Below, piece by piece: positions 24,516 through 37,664 of a stretch of 64,000 nt of DNA. The translations under genes and the position numbers were made by a program. The notes under the pieces are model-generated. The model was not told the origin of the DNA, made no database searches, and saw only the letters and a program-made list of their open reading frames with translations. How positions within the stretch are numbered: position 1 is the stretch's first letter; the number at the start of each line of letters is the position of its first letter. Source of the stretch: Lytechinus pictus. Its lineage: Eukaryota. The stretch is taken from the NCBI RefSeq assembly GCF_037042905.1, contig NC_087250.1:10852001-10916000 (forward strand), in the 5' to 3' direction.

Positions 24516-25863
24516 CTGATATGAAAACCCCAAAATGATGTTTAGTTCTTGAAATAAGTCAATTCAATGCTAGATCATAAGACAATGTGCATTAAAGAGA
24601 ATGTTCACCCTTACAAAAGTTTATTAATAAAACAATAAAATAATGATAATAAAAGACAACATTTGTGAAAGGTTGTATGAAATTCATGACCACTTAAAAA
24701 ATTATTAGATATATATTTTTTGTGACGTCATATTCAAGCAGCTTCCCCATAAATCGGTTATACATATAAAAAAAATGACATTTTATTTTTCAAAAAAATA
24801 AATAAACTGGTTCTTATTGAACGTTTTTGATATCAACAAACTATTTCACAACCGCTCCTGAAATTTGAAAAAAAAAGTTATCTTAGTCAATAGGAATCAT
24901 TAAATTAGAACTATATTGAAAATCGTAAAAATGGAGAATCATATATCATATTAAGAGAGAAAATAAGGAGAACACGATGGTATAAATCATTTATCATGGA
25001 GACCGATGGAACTCAGTTAATTGATAGTTTAAAGTTCTTTCTCTGAATGCTTCAAACACGCAGAATTACGTCCGCGAAATTGGGGATTTTTTTATGACGT
25101 CACTTTCTGTACGAGAGGCGTGATTGACTCTCCAACGTAAAGCTCCACTTGCATGCAAAACCTGTTGCGAGGGTACGTTTTCTCCACATTGTCACTGAAT
25201 ACTTCGATCCCGAAATGAAAGAAAACCCAGAATTTTATCTAGATTTGGATTTTCAAATTAATGATTATGAAGATGAAGAGAATGATGATGAAGTTTCTAG
25301 CTCTAGAAAAACAAAGTGACGTGGATAGAGGTATACATTAGCCTCATTAGGGGAATTACGCCGGTGATTATGAGTCGGACAATTCAACTTGCATGCCGAT
25401 TCGCTACCAACACATGCAGCTGATAGCTGCACTGATCAAATCCATGAAAATGAATTCCATCACGACCACATCCAGACAGAGTCTCTTTCTTCTATCAACA
25501 ACATAATGAGAATGAAAATAATGATATAACTGTACTTACAAACAAGTGAATATATCCGAACCTAGGCTGAAGGTAAATCAACTCAAGGAATAACAGCAGA
25601 CGATATGCACTGACGATGAATTTCACGTGGCTGGGAGATTGTCACTTGTTCTGTTAGATAAAATTTCTATCTCATTATTTTGACTAAATTACGAAACTCG
25701 GAGAATTAGTATTCTACATAAAAATTAAGTAACACCTGGTACTATATTTTTTGAATTACGATAAAAACTTTTTGAAGCAAAGAAAATGAGGTGAATTAAA
25801 ATTAGATATAAAAGATCATCCGCCTAGCTCGCGTTCGATTGTAAACAATCAGCAAGGCGAGCA

Positions 25864-25902
25864 CATAGAGGTGGACAAAGCTACGCTTTATCCAACTCTA
25901 TG
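25864..25902. mobile_element. 39-bp CAT...ATG hairpin with 8-bp TSD (P-element-like footprint or micro-MITE)
   Basis: catagaggtggacaaagc-tac-gctttatccaactctatg flanked by GGCGAGCA at 25856-25863 and 25903-25910. Confidence 0.7.
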
Positions 25903-25913
25903 GGCGAGCAAGC

Positions 25914-25951
25914 CATGCACTGAACTGAAAATACGTATTTTCAGTTCAGTG
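25914..25951. mobile_element. catg plus perfect 34-bp palindrome with 8-bp TSD
   Basis: cactgaactgaaaatac|gtattttcagttcagtg; GAGCAAGC at 25906-25913 and 25952-25959. Confidence 0.65.
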
Positions 25952-27296
25952 GAGCAAGCTGGCCATGTGATTTTGATTGTTTGTTTACAATCGCATGCGG
26001 CTAAGTGGATGATCCTTTATATCTTATTTTGATTTACCTCAATTTCTTTGCTTCAAAAATATTTTATCGTAATTCAAAAAATAGTACCAGGTTTTACTTA
26101 ATTTTTATGTAGAATACTAATTCTCCGAGTTTCGTAATTTTGTCAAAATAATGAGATATACATTTTATCTAACAGAACGAGTGATAATATATTCCAGCCA
26201 CGTGAAATTCACCGTCGGTGCATATCGTCTGCTGCTATTCCTTGAGTTGATTTACCTTCAGCCTAGGTTCGGATATATTCACTTATTTGTAAGTACAGTT
26301 ATTTTATTATTTTCCTTCTCATTTTGTTGTTGATAGAGGAAAGAGACTCTGTCTGGATGTGGTCATGCTGCATGGAATTCATTTTCATGGATTTGACCCG
26401 CGGTGCAGCTAGCAGCTGCATGCGTTGGTAGCGAATCGGCTTGCAAGTTGAATTGTCCTACTCATCATCACCGGCGTAATTCCACGTCACTTTGTTTTTC
26501 TAGAGTTATATAAACTTTATCATCATTCTCGTCATCTGCATAATCATCAATTTAAAAATCCAAGTATAGATAAACTTCTGGGTTTTCTTTCATTTCATGA
26601 TCGAAGTATTCAGTGTTAGTGTGGAGAAAACGTACCCTCGCAATAGGTTTTGCATGCAAGTGGAGCTTGACGTGGGAGAGCCAATCACGCCTCTCGTACA
26701 GAGAGTGACGTCGTCAAATTCGAGTCAATTCAGAGACCGATGCGAGGCATATTTCGGAGAGGCATTTTAGCGCTTTTTAATTGGCGATTTCCACCTTATG
26801 TATTATTTTCGTTATTTTTGAATGACCTTATGGTAATCCTCACATCATTACCTCTCCACTGATATATAATAAGGCCATATTCATAATCAATACATTTCTC
26901 CTTTAAAAAAAATTATGCTTGTTATACTACATAGCATAATGGGCAGCTGCTAGTATCATCATCATCAATCATATCAGCCATTTTCAGCCCACTTCAAGGC
27001 GATGTTTGTTATTATTTTTCCAGGGTGTACTTACCCCGCCCCCCCCCCCCTGTTGCACCCACAAATGTAATAACGCCCACACATGTAATAACACTTTACC
27101 CATAAATGTAATAACACTTTACCCACAAATGTTATAGTTTCACCCACAAATGTAATAATGCAGTTTACCCACAAATGTAATAATTTTGATCGCCCACAAA
27201 TGTAATAATGACTTTACCCACATATGTGATAAATTTGAAGGGATTTTTGGCGAATTCGTTCTAAACTAAAATCCTATAGTAATGCATTCATATAGC

Positions 27297-27324
27297 CATG
27301 GACCTATTGTAATGTAGGTCCATA
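27297..27324. mobile_element. 28-bp CATGGACCTA hairpin with 7-bp TSD
   Basis: Flanked by ATATAGC twice; mirror copy at 31689-31716; empty sites at 27724-27730 and 31252-31258. Confidence 0.75.
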
Positions 27325-29667
27325 ATATAGCACAAAAGTCCAAGTCTTTTTTTCCAGACCCGGTTGTTAAAAAGAATATAAGATAAGTCAAAAGTCTTTT
27401 TCCAGACCCGGTTATTTCAAAAATTAAAATATAAGTCCATAGTCTTTTTTTTCCAAACCCGGCTATTTAAAAAAATATAATATAAGTCCAAACTAAGATA
27501 CGATAATGATATTCCAGTGGAATAAAAATGAGAATCGAGCTTAGCCTTTTCTCCAGACCCAATTAATTAAAACTTGTGGAATTAATGTCTTTGTTGTTGT
27601 TTTAACTTATACGGCGCGTTTTGTGAATATATGCGTTAAGAGTAAATTGAGAATCAAGCGTAGTCTTTTCTTCAGACCCAGTTACTTAAAAACTAGAAAC
27701 TAAAACCCTATAGTAATGCGTTCATATAGCACAAATGTCCAAAGTCTTTTATCCAGACCGGGTTAACTAAAAAATTATAATATAAGTCCAAAGTCTTTTT
27801 TCCAGACCCGGTTATTTAAAAAATTATAATATAAGTCCAAACTAAGATACGATAATGATATTCCAATTGAATAAAAATGAGAATCGAGCTTAGTCTTTTC
27901 TCCAAACCCTGTTATTCCAAAATTATGAATAATAATACAACAACAAAAACAGTATAAAGACCCCATAATCATATTAATGCTGGATAACATGGGCATATAG
28001 CGTAGTCTTTCAGCCAGACCCAGTTATTTTTTTTCAAAATATCTCAAACAGTAATAAAAGAAAAAAATCTAAGATCAAACAATCCTTCAACCTAAGAACC
28101 TGTTTTAAAAAGCGGATAAGAGCGTTGTCTTTATTCCAGACCAAATCATTAAAATAATTACCCCAAAAAAAATCTTCTAACGTACTAAGACCCTATCATA
28201 TTCTTATTCTCGTGGAATAACACGAGTTTTAAAACGTACTATTTCCTCCAGACCACGTTATTTAAAAAAATGAATTTAAAAATACTTCAAATCTAAGACC
28301 AATCTTCAAACGTTACACCCAGTAAAAAAATATGTCTTTACCCCACACCCATTTTTAAAAAATAATACTACGACCCCTACAAAACATTGTAATAATGCAT
28401 GGGTGAAGCAAACATCTTTTCTCCAGACTTGGTTATTATTGGTCAATTTAAAATCAGGGCTTTTACTGAAAATATGTTATATAGACCTACTATTATGCAA
28501 GTAAAACCTAGGATGGAGATGACAGAGAAAGAAATGAGGAAAATCATAACTGCAACGTCTGTCCCGTTGATGTGAACATCAACGACAGTGAAGTCTCGAC
28601 CTTTCCCGGAGACAAGACGCCTTTAAATCCTACCTACTTTGAGAGACTACCTACTTTGACATGAAGATCGATTGTAGACTTTCCTCCAGACACAGTTATT
28701 TCAAGAATAAAAAAGCAATAAAACCCAACCCCCAACAACGAATCTAAGAACCAATAATTCTCCAAATTAAGACCATGAAGAAAAACACATGTTTAGAGCG
28801 TTGTCTTTATTCCAGACCCAGTCATTTGAAAAATAATTGAAACAATCTAAAAAAAAAAACTTTGTCATATTCTTAGTTTTGTGGAATAACACGAGTATTA
28901 TGCTTAGTCTTTCGTCTAGACCCGGTTATTAAAAAGATAAACAAATATTGAAAACAAATCAAAGCTAAGACCAATCTTCAAAATTAAACCCAGTTAAAAT
29001 GCTTTGGTTTAGAGTGTTGTCTCTACCCCACACCCAGTTCTCTTAAAAATACAAATTAAACGAAACATTAATGTTAAAACTTAGACCCCAGCATCTTCCA
29101 AACTATAAAACCATGTGATAACGCATACCACAAAGACGACAAATCAATCATAGGTGTAAATATTTGTATAATACGCGCCTTAAAATCCAATATAACAACA
29201 ACAACAACGTTATTCTACATCAATGATATTGTGGGGTCTTTGCTGATACTGTTTGTTCGTTTTTATTGTTTCTTATAATTTCCTACTTTGAAATAACTAG
29301 GTCTGGAGCAAAGACTACACCATATTTCCATTCTTTTTTCCCTCCCTTACCCTTTGCTAATTATCCGAGTTCTTTAATTTGGTGATTTGTTAGGGGGGAC
29401 AGACAGGAGTTAAGAATGAAGAGAGAAGTTTTGTTGTTTATTTGTTGATTTGTTTGGTTTCTTTTCATTTTTTTTTGCACTTTCATCCCATACTTTAGTT
29501 TTTCTGTGTCCCGAAACCTGAAGTTTTATCAGGCCACAAATCCAGTTTACTTTTGTTTTCTCTTTTGCAGCTTACTGTAGCAGAAGAAAAATACAACGTG
29601 CTGCAAGAAACAGAACGCATAAAAAAAGGAAAATTATTATTTTTTAAGGACAAAAATACAATATGTC

Positions 29668-29945
29668 TATATAAGAAGAAAAGAAAAGAATAAAAGTGAA
29701 AGAATGAAACAAGAAAAGAAAAAAGAGAAAAAAAAGAAAAGAAAAGAAAAAAGAGAAAAAAAGAAAAGAAAAGAAAAACAAAAAATGAAAAAAAAAATAG
29801 AGAAAAGCGAAGAAAAACAATAGGAAAAAAAGAAAAAAAAAGAAAAAGAATAAAAGAAAAAACGAAAAAAAAAAAAAAATAACAAGAAAAGAAAAGAAAA
29901 GAAAACGGAAGAAAAGAAAAGAAAAATAACAAGAATAACAAACTG
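29668..29945. repeat. A/G-rich low-complexity tract
   Basis: (GAAAA)n-like; source of the spurious Phe-rich ORFs. Confidence 0.9.
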
Positions 29946-32032
29946 TTGAAAATGAACAAAAGCTGTGGCAAAAATAGTCAATCCTGACTGGTTGCCAACC
30001 AAGGAAAGAAGAAGATGAAGAAGAAGTTATTCATCGTTGATAAGATTGTAGGGTCTTTTTTTGTTGTTGTTGTGTTTTTAATGATTTTTATAACTGGGTC
30101 TGGAGGAAAGACCACGCTTTATTTCCATGTTATTCAAAAGAAATAGGATCGTGGGTAATTTAATTTTTTTTTCATTATTATTATTAATTTATTATTATTA
30201 TTATTCATTTGTTATTTGAAGGATCTTGGTCTTGATGAAAGACTACACTATATTTCCGTGTTATTTAACATTAATAAGATAGTGGGGGTCTTTCTTTCTT
30301 GTTGACTCTTTAAAAAATGATTTGCAATTTTGAAATAACTCGGTCTTGAGGAAAGACCACGCTATATTTCCATGTTATTCAACATAAATAGGATCGTGGG
30401 TCTTTTCTTTGTGTTTTATTATTATTATTATTATCAATTTATCATTATTATTATTCATTTGTTATTTGAAAGATCTGGGTCTGGATAAAAGACTGCGCTA
30501 TATTTTCATGTTATTGAACATCAATAAGATTGTGGGGCCTTTGTTTTATCATTAGTATTATGCATCTTTTTTTATTATTTGTTATTTTAAAATAACTGGG
30601 TCTTAAAGATTACTCTATATTTTCAAGTTATTCAACATTAATGAGAAAGTGGGGTCTTTGTTAATATTGTTCTTTATGATATGCTATTTTGAAATAAGCG
30701 GGGCTGGAACAAAGACTACACCATATTTCGATGCTAACTGGGTGTTGTGGCGTGCGCCTGTATTCCAAGCTATGTGGAAAAGTTACAAATTGATGCAGAG
30801 GTTCGAGCCCTGGTCACGTCTTTCAGATGGTAACGTTAAAGGTCAGTCCAGACGTAAATAATCATATCTGATTGATACACGTCTGTCAAATCTCAAATAC
30901 ACACACACACACACGCTATTTCAATGTCGAAAATATTGCGGGGTCTGTTTTTGGTTGTTGTTGTTTTGTTTTTGAATGATTTTTTTATAACTGGGTCTGG
31001 AGGAAAGACTATGCTATATTTACATTTTGTTCAACATCAATATAATCGTGGTGTCTTTGTTTTTTTAATATTATTATTTATTATTTTTTATTTGTTATTT
31101 GAAATATTTGGGTCTGGAGGAAAGACTACGCTAAACCTCTATGTTATTCAACATTAAGAAGATTTTTTTTTTTTTTTTTGGGATCTTTATTCGTAAGATT
31201 GTTTAAATGTTTTATATAACCGGATCTGGCAAAAAAGACTGTGACTTTTGCGCTATATGAACGCATTATTATAGGGTTTTAGTTTAGAACAGATTCGCCA
31301 AAAATCCTTTCAAATTTATAACATTTGTCGGTAAAGTGTATTATCACATTTGTGGGTGAAATTATTACACTTGTGGGTAAAGGGTTTTAGTTTTTAGTTT
31401 TAAGTAACCGGGTCTGAAGAAAAGACTATGCTTGATTCCCAATTTACTCTTAGCGCATATATTCACAATATGCGCCGTATAAGTTAAAACAATAACAAAA
31501 ACATTAATTCCACAAGTTTTAATTAATTGGGTCTGGATAATTTTTGAAATAACCGGGTCTGGAAAAAAGACTTTGGACTTATGTTATATTTTTTTAACAA
31601 CCGGGTCTGGAAAAAAGACTTTGGACTTATATATATATTTTTTTTTATTAACCGGGTCTGGAAAAGAGACTTTACTTTTGTGCTATATCATGGACCTACA
31701 TTACAATAAGTCCATGGCTATATGAATGCATTACTATAGGATTTTAGTTTAGAACGGATTCGCCAAAAATCCCTTCAAATTTATTACATTTGTGGGTAAA
31801 GTCATTATTACATTTGTGGGCGATCAAAAATTATTACATTTGTGGGTAAAGTGCATTATTACATCTGTGGGTAAAGTGTTATTAGATTTGTGGGCGTTAT
31901 TAATTTTGTGGGTAAAGTGTCATTACATTTGTGGGCGTAATTACATTTGTGGGCGATTATTACATTTGTGGGTGTAACATCCCTCCCCCTTAACTCAAAT
32001 TCATAATCCATTTTAGTTTTATTTTCTTTTAA

Positions 32033-32608
32033 AGGGATCGTTTAACTTTGTGAGCAGCTGATTTAAAAAATTCTCAAACTGAGACAAAACATGTGTATGA
32101 GTGCATGTATTTGTCCTCAAAAACCCTGAAACAAACCACAATATAGAATGAAAAACTATAATTAAGATACAAGTAGCAATTTATTAGCTTGATTTTGAGA
32201 ACCGTCTAGTAGACAGGTTAAGCTTATGACCAGTTTACTCCAATTCAAAAAGTCCGTTGGCTATTTTGACTGCCTTCTGTAGTGTGTATCTCCTATTTAC
32301 ACACACACGCTATTAGCTGCACTGTACATTCAGTGTATACCTAGTACACACTGTATGTAGGCCATGCTATGTTCATCTAGTTTGTGTGTTGTGGTGCACA
32401 GGTTCACTGTGTACACATAGTCATTGAAACCAACTCCCAATTATTTTCAAACTTTGGTTTACATCTTTAAGGTTTTAAAATTGATCCTGTGGATATAATA
32501 CTTTGAAACTTTTGGGATGGTATTTTTACACTATAAGCCTAATGTTAAGCCCATTTTCAAGAACCAAAATGAGAATTTTTTAAATCAGAACAAAGTGAAA
32601 TGATCACT
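32033..32608. mobile_element. Kolobok-like MITE
   Basis: agggatcgtttaactttg / caaagtgaaatgatcact ends, TTAA on both sides. Confidence 0.6.
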
Positions 32609-32928
32609 TTAAGTCCAAGAAAGTTACCATCTCATATTGCATTTACGCCAGGCCGCCTATATAAGACCTTCCTGAAATAATATGTATCATTTTTGATATC
32701 TTACGCAAAAACAATATTTGTGAAGGGGAGTACAATTTTCGAGAGTGGCTACATGTGCAAAAGAAATTGTTCGTTTTATGGAATTGCCTCTGTTGAAATG
32801 ATGATATTGAACCTTGCTCAAGAATTTATGTCAAAACCCACCTTTTCCAAATATTGTTTTGGCGAAAATGATTGATTTTCACGATTCCTATTTTGCATCA
32901 ATTATAGTAGATACTTTGAACAACGTAC

Positions 32929-33018
32929 TTCAGAATCCTCCATCCGTGGTGCTCTATCACGCAAATCGAGATGTAAAGGGAACACAAGAATGTAGAGGGC
33001 CCGCCAGGACAGAAATAG
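32929..33018 (-). CDS. Roco-family gene exon (after G3)
   Basis: aacag|LFLSWRALYILVFPLHLDLRDRAPRMEDSE|gtacgt; 90 nt, phase 0-0; matches the Roc FL..RA.Y.LVF segment. Confidence 0.85.
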
Positions 33019-33211
33019 CTGTTCATATAATTCGAATAAATATAGAAAGATACATAGTTAACATGCATGACTACCAATGTCCAATTAGGGAAGGCCAACA
33101 TTGTAACCGGTTTTGTAGTTTCAACGATATTTCAATAATTAAAACGATGAAGAAAACAGGTCTGGAAAGGCAAGGAAAGATATCAAGATACGTTCATTTG
33201 GTGCAATTATC

Positions 33212-36200
33212 GGTTACACCTCGTAGTTCCGAAGATTGGTCCAGGATATAAGAGGCATAACCTTGTTTTTTCATATATATACAATATTTTAGTTATGGTT
33301 TCTTGTCCATTCGAGGGTGCTGATTACGAATCTGAATGATGCCACTCGTTTAACTGTGAGCATTTTCCGCAAATTTGCAAAATCCAATATGGCCGCCAAA
33401 ATATGCAAATTACCCATGAAAATCATAAAATTGCCCCCACATTGACAATAAAATGCATAAAATTGTGTGGCAGGAGTGAAATACTCGCTGAAAAAATAGT
33501 TTTTAACAAAATATTTTTATCTGGATATTCAAAATGGCCGCCATAGGCCCCTGTATACTCATAATTATGTACAATATGAATAGGGAAAACTAATTTTCAC
33601 AAAAATATGCACTAAATTGCAAGAAAGTGTCATTTATGAACGAGGTACAGTATGCAAATAATCATCACTAACGAGATATATCATTTATTATGTAATGTAT
33701 GGGATAAACGAGTAGAATACTGACTAAGAACATAATTGCTAACGAACTTTATTATTTAATATGCCATGTATGTGATAAATGTTGTATTTGATATTGACAA
33801 TGGCTGCCAAAGACCCTAACAGTATTATGTACAATGAGAAAGAGGACCAAAGAAATTACAAAAGTGAGCACTAAAATGCATATATATGTGATAAAGTAAT
33901 GGGATATTGTCTATAAAAAAATATAATGAATACAAGCATTACAATCATGTAAATGGCGAAGATCTCCAACAAAATATAATTTGTGTTAAATACTGTATTT
34001 TTACTTTCAAAATGGCAGCCATAGGCATTAACTGTATTATTTATAATGGGAACTGGGAAACTTATATTCACAGGAGTGAGCACCAGAAATGCACGTAATA
34101 GTGATCTATGAGTAAAATATTGTCTGAAAGCATAATTTCTAACGAGATATATCATTTATTCTGCCAGTTAGGTGGCAAATACTGTATTTTAAAAGTCAAA
34201 ATGGCTATTACAAGCCCTTACGGTATTATTTACCATGTGAATGGGCAGGGCACTGGGAACGATTTTTTGAATGGAGGTGCAGAAGCAGGTCTAAATTCAG
34301 GGGCGGATCCAGAGTTCGCCAATAGGGGGGGGGGGAATTCACCTATATTTTCCTTGATCGGCCACTCAAAGATGATTTTTGTTTGTTTCTTCGTAAGAGT
34401 CACTTCTTTGCTTCATTCTTATAAAACATAATAATCTCATAAGCCATATTTAAATAGTGCGAGCGCGAAGCACGAGCCATTTTTTTTTTTGGGGGGATAT
34501 CATGTATCTTTTCTTGGAAATCGAACATTCTGGGCAATGTTTGTGATCCTGAACAAATTGTATATATAACTGATCGAAAGGGACTTGTTGAGGATTGTTT
34601 GTAGTTAGCCATAAAGCGAGCGCGAAGCGCGAGCTGATATTTTTTTTACATTACAACCCAAAAATGGAAATTCTAAGCATATTTCAAAATCATGGGCAGG
34701 ATAGGCATATGACTAAACAATGCGAGCGCGAAACATGAGCCGGGGGGGGGGGGAGATTTAGACCTTAAAACGGGTCACTCTATTCATGTTTTGTAAATCG
34801 TTAAATAATGGGTAAATGGGTATCGTAAATCAATAATTTGAGCGCGAAGAAAATTTTATTCTGAAACTGGGTAATTTAAGCATGTTTTAAATAAAGAAAA
34901 AGCTGTGTATCTCAAGAAACATGCGTGCGTGTGTTGAAAATTTATACCTAGTATCTGGCCATTTTGAATATCCAGAACAAAATATATTGTCAAAAATCAT
35001 TTTTTTCAGAGAGTATTTCACTCCTGCCACAAAAAGTCATGCATTTTATTGCGAAGGTGCGAATTTGTATTGCGAATGTTCGAATTTTAATGCGAATTTT
35101 GTTATTTTCATGGATAATTTACATATTTTGGCGGCCATATTGGATTTGGCCAATTTGCGGAAAATGCTCAAGGTTACACGAGTGGCATCATTCAGATTCG
35201 TAATCAGTACCCTCGAATTGACAAGAAACCATCAAAAAATATTGCAAACATGAAAAAACAAAGTTTAGACAATTTTCTATGAGGCCTTTCCTGGACTAAG
35301 ATTCGTTATTCCGAAGGTTCGTAATTCCAAAGGTTCGTAATTCCGAAACACGGAAATTGCCCATAAACCGAAAACGAAAAAGGGTTCGTTAATCCGAACA
35401 TTTGCGGCGTTATTCCGAAGGTTCATCAGTCCGAAAACGAAATAAGGTTCGTTATTCCGAAGGTTCGTTATTCCGAAGGTTCGATAATCCAAAAACGAAA
35501 TAAGGTTAGTCGTTCCGAAGGTTCGTTAATCCGAATACAAAATAAGGTTCTTTACTCCGAAGGTTCGTTAATCCGAAAATAGAATAATCGCTGGCGAAGC
35601 CGAGAAAACCGGAAGGATACGGGTGGCGGAGGGGGGGGGGGGAGAAACACCGTTGCTGTTCGATTGCTATGAGGATAGGGAGGGAAAAAGAAGGGCGGCG
35701 GAGCAAAGTAGTGTAAAGTAGACCAAAGCCTTTTTGAAGTGATTTCTGTTTTTTTGTAAGTAATATATTTAGGCTTTATTTTTCGCGAGAGAGTGTAACA
35801 AGAAAAATGTTCAAAGCTAATGTTGTAAAACTCGTTTTTTGTCAATTACTGTAATAAGGGCATACTTGGGACGTGTTCCGAACGTGAATCGTAAGCTCAA
35901 TGTTTTGGACATATCAATAAGAAAATGAAAATAAAACATTCTGAGCAGTTTTTGTTATCCTTTAAAAGATGTGCATCTAACTGAAGAATTAACACGAGCG
36001 CAAAGTGTGAGCTGAAATATACTGACCAAAGAGAAAAAATGACTGCGTTTAGTGACCCATGGATAGGAGACATCAAATAATGCGAATGCAAAGCGCCCTA
36101 CTAAACAACAACTGAAGGAAATAACCAAAAGATTTGAGATTTTATAATCTAAAATACAGACTTTAAAAAGGGTAATTCTTAAAAAACGGCACATTTTATT

Positions 36201-37484
36201 TTGGAAAAAAAACCGGAATTTCCCATTTTGGAAAAATATATTTCGTTCCTACGGGGATTTTTTCTGGGTGGAAGTGCCTCCTGCCTCCCTGCCCACCACC
36301 CCCCCCCCACCGCTTCACCACCCTTTTGGGAAGGGGCCGATCTATCGTTACCAGGGGCGTTCATTCCTTTTATCTATCCGGTTTGAACATAAATAAATGC
36401 ACATGATACAAAGGTACAAGGAACAAACTGTACATGTTTCCAATAAGTACAACTAAAAAAAAAGAATACTGAACATTAAACAAATGAGAAAAAAAAATGC
36501 ATTCAACGAGAAAACTTTTTCTAACCTATGAACGAAAACCAGTTTAAGAATTATTATCATAGAATATCAAATAAAATATCGATAGGGGCGTGTTAATGCA
36601 TTTTGAAATTGTTTTGTCAAAGTTCAATTAATTTACACTAAAAGATCCATTCTTGATTAAATGTTTACGACTTATAAACCTAAAAAAATCGCTCTGCGCG
36701 GGGGTTGGGGTGGTTTATTGCTTGGACCAGAATAGGGTGCTAAAGACCTCTTTTTTGGCTGGGGCGGGGCGCAAAAGCCTTCCTCAACCATCGTAGCCAG
36801 CTTTTCGAAATGAGGGGGGGCACACTTATTTCACATTGAATTCATACGTGTATGCATATATTATACAGATGTGTATCGAGCTTTCACCAATAAGGGGGGG
36901 GGATTTTATTCACATTTTCCCCGATCGGCTGCTCAAAGCTGAACAGTGACCTCTTAGCGTTATTCTTATAAACAAGATAATTGTATCTCATAATCCTTGA
37001 TTGAATAATGCGAACGCGAGAAGCGAGCTAAATTTTATAGAAATATCTGGATTTTTGTCCTAAAAATTGAACATTCTGAGCAATGTTTGTGATTATGAAC
37101 AAGACTAATTAATTACTTCGAGGGCGAAGTGCGAGCTGAAATTTTTGATAAACTGTCATAAAGAGGGATTTTAAGTAGTGTGTTAGAATTCATATATAAG
37201 TGGGCTTATACATACTAATGAAAATGCGAGCACGCAGCGCCAGCTGATAAGTTTCGACGATCAGTCCTGAAAAGGAATATTTTGAGAACTTCATGGAATA
37301 CATGAATAGAATAAGTACTTCAAACGAATCTTTTTTCATTTTTCGGATTAACGAACCTTTGATTACCGAACCTCATTTCCTTTTCGGACTAACTAACCTT
37401 CGGAACTACGAACCATCGAAATAACGAACCTTCAGAATATTCGAACCTTCGGAATAACAAAGCGTCGGAATTACGAATGTATGC
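33212..37484. mobile_element. Mutator-like foldback element
   Basis: 9-bp TSD GCAATTATC (33203-33211, 37485-37493); arms built from ttattccgaaggttcg repeats (35300-35580) and their complement (37345-37480). Confidence 0.75.
33237..35298. mobile_element. Academ-like non-autonomous element nested in the MULE-like arm
   Basis: Ends tggtccagga / tcctggacta, about 300-bp TIRs, 4-bp TSD AGAT (33233-33236, 35299-35302). Confidence 0.75.
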
Positions 37485-37664
37485 GCAATTATCAATACAA
37501 CGCTTAAATCATGTATTCCTCAATGTGCATTTTTGTTAATGGCGGCCAAAATTCAAAATTGGAGCCGATCATGAAGATTGGATGGTATTAAATCATATTT
37601 CAATTTTCATATTTCAATTGTTCTTAAGGAGTTTAAAACTCCTTACAATCAATAACCCTTTTAA

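Larger units (their letters stand above)
25095..26712. repeat. Long inverted repeat (arms about 750 bp, spacer about 120 bp)
   Basis: 25095-25850 is the reverse complement of about 25975-26712, e.g. tgacgtcact.tctgtacgagaggcgtgattg versus caatcacgcctctcgtacagagagtgacgtc. Confidence 0.9.
27051..31979. mobile_element. Foldback-type non-autonomous element with TGT...ACA ends (Ginger-like)
   Basis: Termini tgttgcacccacaaatgtaataa / ttattacatttgtgggtgtaaca; sub-terminal cccacaaatgtaat repeats; internal ttccagacccggttat repeats mirrored in the two halves. Confidence 0.7.

Noticed and set aside
29495..30002. Phe-rich ORFs here and at 60435-61034; Thr/Val/Ser ORFs at 62600-62983
   Set aside because: Translations of low-complexity tracts.
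35300..35580. ttattccgaaggttcg array as CRISPR
   Set aside because: No unique spacers, eukaryotic context, and it is the arm of a TSD-flanked element.
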